Assembly: GCA_036382875.1 (NCBI GenBank)
Contig: DASVPJ010000041.1
Span: 2,505 to 66,504, forward strand
Direction of reading: 5' to 3'
DNA from: Mycobacteriales bacterium
GTDB taxonomy: Bacteria; Actinomycetota; Actinomycetes; BP-191
Length of the DNA stretch: 64,000 bases
Below the pieces are notes generated by a model that was not told the origin of the DNA, did not search any database, and saw nothing but the letters and a program-made list of their open reading frames with translations. This document shows, in pieces, positions 18,458-26,542 of this stretch (the stretch's first letter is position 1; each line of letters begins with the position of its first letter). A program made the position numbers and the translations under genes.

Positions 18458-19470
18458 CCGCCGTCACCGACGTCCGCCCCGCTCCGCCGGCGGTCCCGCG
18501 CGCGTTCCCGCGCCTCGAACGCCTCGCCGAGCGCGTGCTGCGCGTCGAGCGCGGCGCCAACGTGTTCCCGATCGGCCACGTGCTCTGCTACGTCGCGCTG
18601 CTCGCGTCGTGCCTCAGCCCGTTCGGCCCCCGCGCCTGGTGGACCGCCGCGCCGGCGATCGTGCTGCTGACGTTGCTGAACTACTCGGCCACCGTCGGGG
18701 TGCTGCACATGCACGCGCACCGCCCGCTGTTCGTGTCCAGGCTGCCGAACCGGCTCGCCGACCTGGTCTGCTGCTTCCCGTGCATGCTCAGCGCCACCGA
18801 GATGCGCGTCATGCACGTGTCGCACCACCACCGGTTCGACAACGGCCCGCGCGACGTCACCTCCACGGTCGGCTACGAGACCGGCGGCCGCGCGGTCTGG
18901 TACTGGCTGCGCTTCCCGTGGCGCGTGAAGGCCGCCTGCGTGGACGAGATCCTGCGGCGCGCGGACTCACCGGCGCGGCGTACGCGGCGGCGGCAGCTCC
19001 TGTTCGACGAGGCGGTCGTCATCGGCACGGTCACCGCGCTCACCGTCGCGTGGCCGTACCCGATGCTGGCGTTCTACTGGCTGCCGTTCGTGCTGACGTT
19101 GCTGACGAGCGGCTACTTCGCCTGGCTGACGCACGCGCCGGCCACCGGGCGGGCCGGCGACAGCGCCTCGATCAACACCGTCGGCAACGTCCTCAACTTC
19201 TTCGTGTTCAACCAGGGCTTCCACAGCGTCCACCACCGGTACCCGGGGATCCACTGGACCGAGATCCCGGACAAGCTCGCCATCCTGCTCGACGTGGACG
19301 ACGACGTGGTCGTGTCGTACTGGGTGACGCTCGACACCGCGTGGCGCATCGCGGCGCCGGAGCGCTTCCGCGAGCCGGAGTTCGGCGCGGCGTGGAAGCG
19401 GCGCCTCGCCGCGCGGCTCGCGACCGGCTCGTGCCGATCGAGGCTGCTGCCGTACTTCGTCAAGGTGTAA
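18454..19470 (+). CDS. Membrane fatty-acid desaturase/carotenoid ketolase-hydroxylase family di-iron enzyme
   Basis: GTGA-coupled start; three His boxes (HMHAHR, HVSHHHRF, HSVHHRYPGIHW) and several TM helices. Confidence 0.8.
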   Translation: MTAVTDVRPAPPAVPRAFPRLERLAERVLRVERGANVFPIGHVLCYVALLASCLSPFGPRAWWTAAPAIVLLTLLNYSATVGVLHMHAHRPLFVSRLPNRLADLVCCFPCMLSATEMRVMHVSHHHRFDNGPRDVTSTVGYETGGRAVWYWLRFPWRVKAACVDEILRRADSPARRTRRRQLLFDEAVVIGTVTALTVAWPYPMLAFYWLPFVLTLLTSGYFAWLTHAPATGRAGDSASINTVGNVLNFFVFNQGFHSVHHRYPGIHWTEIPDKLAILLDVDDDVVVSYWVTLDTAWRIAAPERFREPEFGAAWKRRLAARLATGSCRSRLLPYFVKV

Positions 19471-19555
19471 CGCGGCGCGCGCGTGCACCGCAGCGGGGTG
19501 GGGGAGGACACTCCGTGCGACCTGCCCGACCCGACCCCGCGAAGGTGACCAGACG

Positions 19556-19735
19556 ATGAAGAAGACGCTGCGGCTGTCCCGCGAGGAGCTTCGCGAGCTC
19601 ACCGCCCCCGAGCTCCAGGACGTGCAGGGTGGCACCCACCCGTTGATCACCGACGGCCACCACTGCTTCGGCACGACGCTCTGCGCCGGCCTCTCGTTGC
19701 CGACCGCCTGCGGCGTGCTCACCATCGACTGCTGA
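19556..19735 (+). CDS. RiPP-like precursor peptide (59 aa): leader MKKTLRLSREELRELTAPELQDVQGG plus Cys/Thr/Ser-rich core
   Basis: Not in ORF track (59 aa). ATG with AAGGTGA SD 7 nt upstream; 57 of 59 codons G/C-ending; class II lanthipeptide-like ELxxL leader ending GG; core THPLITDGHHCFGTTLCAGLSLPTACGVLTIDC has 4 Cys. Confidence 0.5.
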   Translation: MKKTLRLSREELRELTAPELQDVQGGTHPLITDGHHCFGTTLCAGLSLPTACGVLTIDC

Positions 19736-19766
19736 CGGGGCAGCGGACCTACGGTCTTGGCGCACG

Positions 19767-19851
19767 GCGGAGAGGGACAGGCCCGAGCGGGAAGCCCAGG
19801 TCAGACGGGTGCGCCGCCAGGGACTTGAACCCCGAACCCGCGGATTAAGAG
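19767..19851. repeat. attL: 85-bp direct repeat of tRNA-Lys 3' half plus 3' flank
   Basis: Near-identical (2 differences) to 28985..29070, which overlaps the intact tRNA-Lys; covers anticodon loop to acceptor 3' end plus about 35 bp. Confidence 0.7.
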
Positions 19852-20158
19852 GCAGGGCTACTACGTCCGAGGCAGTCCGGGGTAGTTGGTGACACCCCGC
19901 CTGACCTGCGACTTTGCGGAAGGCCGTGTCGTCGCAGTTCGGCACATCCGGGCTTGTCCGGCACCGCTTGTTATCGCAGTGTTAGCGCACTCATCGCGAT
20001 CGCGGGCGGCGCGGCCCGGGTCGCCCAACCGCGCCACAGGTCGTCGCGGCGCCGCGTGCGTAGGGTGTGCCCTTGAGGGTGAGCGGGTGGCGCATCAACG
20101 CGTATCATGCGATGACGAGGTGGCTTCTCGTTACGGGTAGTGCGATCGGGGGCAAGCC

Positions 20159-20533
20159 TTGTTCAGAAAAAAGAGCCGCGCTCGTGAGGCGTCGGGCGAG
20201 TCTTTACGAACCATTGAAAAGCTTAACCCACTGTACTATGAGCGGGTACAGGGCCGGCTTCGTCTTTGGGACGCGCCGGATGCGTCCATCGAGAACGCTG
20301 CGACGAGCACGGCGAACGCGATCTTCAACGTGGCGATGAATTACTTTGGCCGACTCGGTGACGACCGCGCCGGGCGAGCCTTCGCTCTACAGTTCGAAAA
20401 ACGTGTCGCGGGCGACCTGACCGTCGCGGACAAGATGATCGATCAACTCATCTCGTACGACGCTGACACTCAGGAGTTTCTTACGACTCTGCTCCAGCGC
20501 TTGGAGGATCTCGCAGGTCGCCCGCCCACCTAG
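20159..20533 (+). CDS. Hypothetical protein (island cargo)
   Basis: TTG start; mixed AT-ending codons typical of the island; 124 aa; no recognised domain. Confidence 0.4.
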   Translation: MFRKKSRAREASGESLRTIEKLNPLYYERVQGRLRLWDAPDASIENAATSTANAIFNVAMNYFGRLGDDRAGRAFALQFEKRVAGDLTVADKMIDQLISYDADTQEFLTTLLQRLEDLAGRPPT

Positions 20534-20878
20534 ATCGCACGCTGTTCTCGTGCTCCGTTGAATACCAACCTGAGCGAACGTGCCCGCGGCGAGCTCGGTG
20601 TCGATGCGGCATTAAACGCCAGCGCCTCGGCGGATCGTCTCACCGGCCTGCGGCTGAACGTCCTGCCGCTCGCGTCGCGCCAGTCGTACAGGTAGCCGCG
20701 GCCGCGCGGCGGATGCGAGGCTGGAGAGCGCGGGGTCGTGCCATCGACGGGTCGTCTCGTCGTCGGGCGACGACGTGAAGATGAGGATGCGGCGCACCCG
20801 CCGCAGGTCCGGCCGGGTTGCCAGCAATCCGCCACATCCGGCCTCAACGCGATGTTGAACGCCCCGCTCCGGGGAGCA

Positions 20879-20996
20879 AGCCGCAGGTCAGACGGGTGCG
20901 CCGCCAGGGACTTGAACCCTGGATCCGCGGACTTAAAGGCAGGGCAACTTCCGAGGCAGTCCGGGGCAGTTGGTGACAACCGCCTGACCTGCGGTT
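20879..20996. repeat. Degenerate internal copy of the att/tRNA-3' repeat plus conserved island-internal flank
   Basis: Shares caggtcagacgggtgcgccgccagggacttgaaccc with the att repeats and, after a diverged stretch, gcagggc...gaggcagtccgggg.agttggtgaca..cgcctgacctgcg with the island side of attL (19852..19910). Confidence 0.5.
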
Positions 20997-21481
20997 TGCC
21001 CCGTCGGATGTCGCCGTATAGCACGAACTCCGGATACGTCTGTTGGCCATGCTAGCGCTGCTAGCACGCGAGGACGTGGTGCCGACCAGTCGACTCATCA
21101 GGGCGGCGCCTCAGCAACTGCCTCGACCGCCGACGAAGACGCACCTCTGGCGTGCCGGCCCGTTCAGTCGTCCCGCCGACCCGCGCCCCAGGTCAGTCAA
21201 TCTACGATCTTGAGGCTGCTGAAGCGCATCATGTACAACGGTCGCTGTCTTCGTCGTTTGCCGCTCCTGCTCAAGGGCGCTGCGTCGATGCCGCGACGCC
21301 GAGAGGACGGATCCCTCACCGCCCACGGTCTCGACGTCGCGTGTACCACTGACGACGCCTCCCACGCCGAGGGGGCTTACCGCCCTCGCCCTCCGCATGG
21401 ACCTGGGACGAGGCGATCAACGGACTGACAATGAAGTCGGAACATTCCGAGCATTGAGCCTGACTGAAGTAGGCTCGGGCC

Positions 21482-22588
21482 ATGGCACTTCGTCCTACCA
21501 TCTTCATCGGATCCTCTGCGGAGGGAGAGCTCCTGGCGAACCAGCTTCAACTCAACCTCAGCAGGACGTGTCGACCTGATGTCTGGAGCCAGGGAGTCGT
21601 TCGCGTCGGCTCGGCAACACTGCAAAGTCTCGTAGACGCAAGTCATCGGTACGACTTTGCTGCCCTCCTTCTTACACCGGACGACGTTATAGAACAGCAT
21701 GGCGAAACTGGATTCGCTCCGCGTGACAATGTGATCTTTGAAGCCGGTCTGTTTGTCGGTGCGCTGGGCCCGGGCCGCACGTTCTTGGTGCATTGCCGTG
21801 AAGATGTGCTCAACCTCCCATCTGATCTCCTCGGAGTCACCATGGCCACGTATGACCGGCCAAGCCCAGGGGACAACTTGGAAGCGATCATGGGTCCGCC
21901 CGCCACGAAGATCATGAACGCGATTCAGCATGTCGAGTCAACAGGAGTTGGCCCGAACTACCTGACTGCCTTCAGTGCGTTGGCGCGCGAAGTCCCAAGG
22001 GATGAGCTAGTCAGGATCATCACCGAAGCTAGCGCGCCCAGTGATATGCGCTCGCCGCTTAGTCCCGTAGCCTTGCGGACCTTGGAGCGAGAACTTGAGT
22101 CCAGGGGCCACAGTCGGGATCGCGAGCTTACCCGCGACGATCTGCGGCCAGAGATCCGTAAATATAATGATATTCGAGAGACGACGATTCCGGGTGTTAG
22201 CCGAACGAACAGGCTGGAGGAAACCCTCGGAGAGATAGAGTATAAAGCCCTACGCCAGAAATATCCGGCAAGTCTCACCGCGGAACTACTGGACGGCGCC
22301 GATGGGGACAGAGTGGCAGGCCTCGTTCTAGCTCGCGTAAGGCCCGACAAAGAGAACTTCGACGCAGTGTTGCGCATAATAGAGACGCCTCGGTCGAACT
22401 ATGAGCATGCCAAGGCCATTGAGACAATGATACAGATGAAGAAGTCAGACAAACTCACAGATGACCAGGTGCGGGCTGCCCGACGCGTTGCTGAAGAATT
22501 GCTCGACAAGCGTGTGACGCTAATAGTGGACGGCGACCCCAGCCGGGTTGTGTTGGTCGAAACACTTGCGAGAGAGCTCAATCGGTGA
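21482..22588 (+). CDS. TIR-like (PF10137/COG4271-type) nucleotide-binding domain protein with uncharacterised helical C-terminal domain
   Basis: N-terminal signature (TIFIGSSAEG...DFAALLLTPDDVIEQHG...RDNVIFEAGLFVGALGPGRTFLV...LPSDLLGV); AT-ending codons; C-terminal 230 aa with no recognised motif. Confidence 0.7.
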   Translation: MALRPTIFIGSSAEGELLANQLQLNLSRTCRPDVWSQGVVRVGSATLQSLVDASHRYDFAALLLTPDDVIEQHGETGFAPRDNVIFEAGLFVGALGPGRTFLVHCREDVLNLPSDLLGVTMATYDRPSPGDNLEAIMGPPATKIMNAIQHVESTGVGPNYLTAFSALAREVPRDELVRIITEASAPSDMRSPLSPVALRTLERELESRGHSRDRELTRDDLRPEIRKYNDIRETTIPGVSRTNRLEETLGEIEYKALRQKYPASLTAELLDGADGDRVAGLVLARVRPDKENFDAVLRIIETPRSNYEHAKAIETMIQMKKSDKLTDDQVRAARRVAEELLDKRVTLIVDGDPSRVVLVETLARELNR

Positions 22589-22778
22589 GAGCGCCGCGGC
22601 GCCGCTCTGCGACAATCGGAACGAGCGTGCCGCCACGATGCAATCAGGGCGCGCCCATCGGTGCTGTACCTAGCGAGTTCATGCAGGCCGGTTGGTTGCC
22701 CGGAAGATGTCGGTACTGTGGCTGAAAGCGGACGACACACTCGAACGCGCGGACCCTCACCCCGGGTCCGGATGACTC

Positions 22779-23843
22779 TCAGCGGCTAGCAGCTAGCCGG
22801 TCACGCATCTCACGTGCGGCCGTCTTCCAGTCCTGCTCCGCCGACACGCTGAGGCACCGATCGAGGAGCCGCCGGGCGACATCGTTGAGCTCGGCCTCAC
22901 GAATCGCTTCCTCGACAGCGATGAGCGCCATGGCAAGCCGACGTCGCGTGCCCTCCTCGGCGAGCGTCAGATGCTCGAACGCGCGAACGGCGCCGGCGCG
23001 GTCGAGCTGGACCAACGCTGGCACGAGCCTTCGTGGGATGCCCACGTCATCGGCATTATTGGCGACCTCGACGGCGCGGATCAGGAACTCGTCCCCGACG
23101 GGTGCGCGTACCAACCGGGGCAACGTGTCGAACGCAAGCCGTTGAACACCTTGCTCTGATGATTCGAGCAGCGCAAAGACGTCGTCCTCGTCTAACCCGC
23201 CCCGATCGGCGAGCAGCCGGATCGCGCGCTTGCGCGGCCCCTTGTCCTCAAGCTCGTCGGTCGCCAGCTCGACCAGTCGCTGGACGTCGGATGCCGACAG
23301 TTTGTCGGCATCGGCGACGGTGAGACGCAGCGCCGTTCGCACGTTGCGCTGCTGCACCAGCCGCATGCCGGCCTCGAAGAGGCCGCCGAGCTGCTCGCGG
23401 ATCTTCTGCTCGAAGGTCGCCGGAGTGAATGGTGCGACGGTCAACTGCCAGTCGTACTCGAGGGACCGGAGCACCTGGGTCATTCTACGGTCGCTCGGGT
23501 CGGTCACCCCGTCCAGGCTGCGCAGCTCGTTAAGGATGCGGTATTTCGCGTACGTGGCGTCCAGGCAGAGCACGAGGAACGGCGTGCCCGCTTGCAGCGC
23601 CGTGTCGAGTTCGGTGCGCCAGGTGAGGTCGCCGTAGTCCTCCACGACGACGAAGACGCAGATGTCCGCGTCGAGGACCGACGCACGGGAGTTGGCCTCG
23701 AACCGCGCGCCGACTGCGTTGCTGTACGTGATCGCGCCCTGGAGGTAGGTCATTGGCTGGCCGCCGACGTCACGAACGACCCGTTCGAAGTGTTCGAGTA
23801 CATTGCGCGTGTCCGCTGCGCCGCAGAGCATGATTCGGAGCAT
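22779..23843 (-). CDS. DUF4062-domain protein with C-terminal HEAT/ARM-like repeats
   Basis: ATG 23843 after GGGGG SD; DUF4062-like N-terminus (ADICVFVVVEDYGDLTWRTELDTALQAGTPFLVLCLD); helical repeats in C-terminal half; convergent with the TIR-like gene, with hairpin terminators between. Confidence 0.65.
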   Translation of the reverse strand: MLRIMLCGAADTRNVLEHFERVVRDVGGQPMTYLQGAITYSNAVGARFEANSRASVLDADICVFVVVEDYGDLTWRTELDTALQAGTPFLVLCLDATYAKYRILNELRSLDGVTDPSDRRMTQVLRSLEYDWQLTVAPFTPATFEQKIREQLGGLFEAGMRLVQQRNVRTALRLTVADADKLSASDVQRLVELATDELEDKGPRKRAIRLLADRGGLDEDDVFALLESSEQGVQRLAFDTLPRLVRAPVGDEFLIRAVEVANNADDVGIPRRLVPALVQLDRAGAVRAFEHLTLAEEGTRRRLAMALIAVEEAIREAELNDVARRLLDRCLSVSAEQDWKTAAREMRDRLAASR

Positions 23844-24225
23844 CTGACCCCCAACTGCTTCATCGTCCGAACGCACGTTACCGGCGACCGCGTTGGCGTG
23901 TCAGTGGGAGGATTGGCCCTCAGCCCTCAACCGCGTCGCGCGACGGCGGGTGCTAGCCGCTCGCGCCGACTCCCGCGCGGCCGAGCGACCGGATGCACTT
24001 AACGAGGTATCCCAACAGGCAACAATCGAGACATTGCCCTCTGCGCGGCGCGTACCATTCGGCACCTAGCGGCTGTGCGGCGAGCGCAGTGGCTCCCATA
24101 GTCGGACGGTGCAGAGGGTCCTATTACACCGACCTTGCTGCGGGTTCGCGACTTCGGATGCCGCCGGGCTTGCCTGCGGATCTGATTGCAGCAGGTGACT
24201 CATTAAGCGTCGGGTCGGCATAATG

Positions 24226-24504
24226 TTAGTCGTCGCACGCCTTGCGGATTGCGTCAACGAACGGCAGATCCTCGTCCTTCGTGTCGTCACTCAAAGACTC
24301 GAACGGCCGAATGGCGTCGTGTTCGCGGCCGCTTGACTCCATCCATGCCGCCCATGCGTCATGCACATCGGCGGCAGTTACGGCCGCGCCCTTTGCGCGC
24401 GCGAGTACGGCATACATCAGGAACAGACTTGTTGATTCTGCTGGAATAAGAGCTTCCGGTACTTGTGAGCGGATCTTGTCCGCGAGGTCTGTGATGTAGC
24501 TCAT
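24226..24504 (-). CDS. Small hypothetical protein (92 aa), third gene of TIR operon
   Basis: ATG overlaps stop of upstream membrane-protein gene (ATGA); acidic C-terminus; no recognised domain. Confidence 0.5.
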   Translation of the reverse strand: MSYITDLADKIRSQVPEALIPAESTSLFLMYAVLARAKGAAVTAADVHDAWAAWMESSGREHDAIRPFESLSDDTKDEDLPFVDAIRKACDD

Positions 24505-24998
24505 CGGACAACCAGATACGTTGCCAGCACGAGATAGACTACCCCGAATGCGACCGGCGTCACTTGCTCGATGAAGCCGAGCTCGGCGTAGCGATCGCGC
24601 CACTTGAGCTTGGTCGGAGGGTCGGTGTTCGGCCTCAAGACGACCCACTCGTCCACGAACGGACGCACCGTGAAGTGGTCCTGTTCGATGCGGTTGATCA
24701 CGGTGAACTTCGCTGAATTCAACTTCCGATAACTCCGGAGAAGGAGCCACCAGGCGCCGGCGAGAAGTACTCCAGCAAAGGCTGCAACCACGAGAACGAA
24801 CCGGTCAGGTGCGGCCTGGCCGCCGCTGTCGCTGACCCTTGTGGCAAAGAGCGCAAGACCGGCAACAAGGCCGGTCTGCAAGGTCAGAAAGAAGCTGTTC
24901 GCCGAGGCTCGCCTTGCGGATACCCGATCCGCCATCTCAACCGCAAGCGAGTACAACGCGAGAACTGTGGCCTCGGAACTAGCGGCTGGGACAGTCAT
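24501..24998 (-). CDS. Multi-TM membrane protein (about 165 aa), candidate effector (SLATT-like?) of TIR operon
   Basis: ATG 24998 one nt after TIR gene stop (alternative GTG 25013); TM helices FFLTLQTGLVAGLALFA, FVLVVAAFAGVLLAGAWWLLL, VTPVAFGVVYLVLATYLVV; AT-ending codons. Confidence 0.6.
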   Translation of the reverse strand: MTVPAASSEATVLALYSLAVEMADRVSARRASANSFFLTLQTGLVAGLALFATRVSDSGGQAAPDRFVLVVAAFAGVLLAGAWWLLLRSYRKLNSAKFTVINRIEQDHFTVRPFVDEWVVLRPNTDPPTKLKWRDRYAELGFIEQVTPVAFGVVYLVLATYLVVR

Positions 24999-24999
24999 C

Positions 25000-25419
25000 T
25001 CAGCGCGAGCCACCGATAAGTAGCTTCAGATTGTCCCAGGTCCAGTTATACATCTTGTCGGTTGACTTGGCGGAGGTGGGGCGCGTGCAGGTTCCGGTGG
25101 CCCGCCCACGTAGCAGGAAGTACGACTTGCCTTCCTCCTGGGCAATCGATACTTCAGCGCTGACTCCGGTGGCGGTGTGCGTGTGGTGACCGCACAGCAC
25201 TACAACCTGGTCGACGCCCTTGATCCGTCTCCGCGCGCGCGACCGCCAATCAGGCGACGCTTCTTTGATGGACATGTCAACTACCTCGAATGGCGAATCC
25301 GAGTTCTTTGCCTGGCCAATCAGCAAGGTCTTGAGATCACTGTCGTTGTCATAGTCGAAACTTACAAACACCCGTGTCTTCGCCACGCCTCTCCCCTGTC
25401 TGGTGCTGTACATACCCAT
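25000..25419 (-). CDS. TIR-domain protein, ThsB-like (DUF1863/MTH538 TIR-like)
   Basis: RVFVSFDYDNDSD...VVVLCGHHTHTATGVSAEVSIAQEEGKSYFLL matches ThsB/DUF1863 pattern (vFfSFhy.D...LIG..T..s.WV..EI); AT-ending codons; start ATG 25419 (TTG 25443 also possible). Confidence 0.7.
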   Translation of the reverse strand: MGMYSTRQGRGVAKTRVFVSFDYDNDSDLKTLLIGQAKNSDSPFEVVDMSIKEASPDWRSRARRRIKGVDQVVVLCGHHTHTATGVSAEVSIAQEEGKSYFLLRGRATGTCTRPTSAKSTDKMYNWTWDNLKLLIGGSR

Positions 25420-25884
25420 CGGCCCTGGCGTCCGATCCGGCAACGACTGATGCCATAACCTATCGCACTAGCTTGTACAGATCGTTCGATGTTCGTGCGC
25501 AGCCGGGTGTCGGCTGGGACGAGACGCCGCCGACACTTCAGCGTGAGTGTGAGCGTCGGTGTGCGGGGGCGAGAGCGGCGTGGGCCGCGCGCCTCGCGGG
25601 CAGGCCGTTCTTGCCTGCCCGCTCTTCCTGTCCGTAGGGGCCGTAGAGGCTCCGAGGTCAAGGGCCGCCGGGGGCGGTCGCGGAGCGACGCGCGAAGCGC
25701 GCCCTTGAGCTTGGAGGGGCGGCCCCGCAGGATGCGCGGCCCGGGGCGCTCGACCGGACGTGCCCGGCTTGCGGTGTACTCCTGTGGACAAGGCGGGGCC
25801 GGCGGCGAGTTCTCCACAGATTCCGTTCGGCCTCTTGCGGGCGCTTCGGCGGTCAGGTGAACTTCAACGATGGTCCATGATCGC

Positions 25885-26127
25885 TCACTCGATCTGATCG
25901 AGACGTCCCATGAGTTGGCTCGGCTTCACGTCGAGCGCTCGGGCGAGGCGCACGACGATCGCGACGGTCGGGTTGCGGCGGCCGGTCTCGATCTCGGAGA
26001 GGTACGCGACGCTGATCCCGGCGCGCTCGGCGCAGACCGGCTGCGTGAAGCCGCGGCGGTGCCGCAGTTCGCGCACCCACAGGCCGAGCGCTTGGCAGAG
26101 CCGCTCGTCCAGATCGTCGGCTGGCAT
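25885..26127 (-). CDS. XRE-family (Cro/CI-type) HTH transcriptional regulator
   Basis: HTH pattern LRHRRGFTQPVCAERAGISVAYLSEIETGRRNPTVAIVVRLARAL; divergent from phage-like genes at 26192. Confidence 0.7.
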   Translation of the reverse strand: MPADDLDERLCQALGLWVRELRHRRGFTQPVCAERAGISVAYLSEIETGRRNPTVAIVVRLARALDVKPSQLMGRLDQIE

Positions 26128-26191
26128 GGACCCGCATCGTACGGACGCGCCGCACTTCGCGGCGGTCCACCCACGACCACGGGAGGACGGC

Positions 26192-26530
26192 ATGACGCAG
26201 ACCATCGTTGACGAGATCGACCGCACGTTCCTGCTGCTGCGCGTTGCGGCAGCCCGCGACGACGGCGCGGACGAGGCGACGGGGACGCGCTGGTGCGCGC
26301 ACGTGTGCGACCCGGCGAGCCCGCTCGCGGGTCTCTACGCCTTCGCGGACACCCTCGCCGAGGCGCGGGACGCGGTGACGGTCCTGGCGTGGACGGCGGT
26401 ACTCGCGGGCGAGCTGCTGCCGTTCGGCTACACCGCCGACGACCTGGCAGGCATCCACGTCGCGGTGACGACGACCACCCCGTACGACGCCGCCTGGCTC
26501 AACGCCGCAGTCGCGAACGACGCGGCGTAG
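26192..26530 (+). CDS. Hypothetical island protein
   Basis: ATG after GGGAGGACGG SD; GC3-rich; 112 aa, no recognised domain. Confidence 0.5.
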   Translation: MTQTIVDEIDRTFLLLRVAAARDDGADEATGTRWCAHVCDPASPLAGLYAFADTLAEARDAVTVLAWTAVLAGELLPFGYTADDLAGIHVAVTTTTPYDAAWLNAAVANDAA

Positions 26531-26542
26531 GTAGGAGGCGCC

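Noticed and set aside
20879-20960. Second tRNA gene inside the island
   Set aside because: Only a diverged 3'-half-like segment is present; no D-arm or acceptor 5' strand, so no cloverleaf can be drawn.
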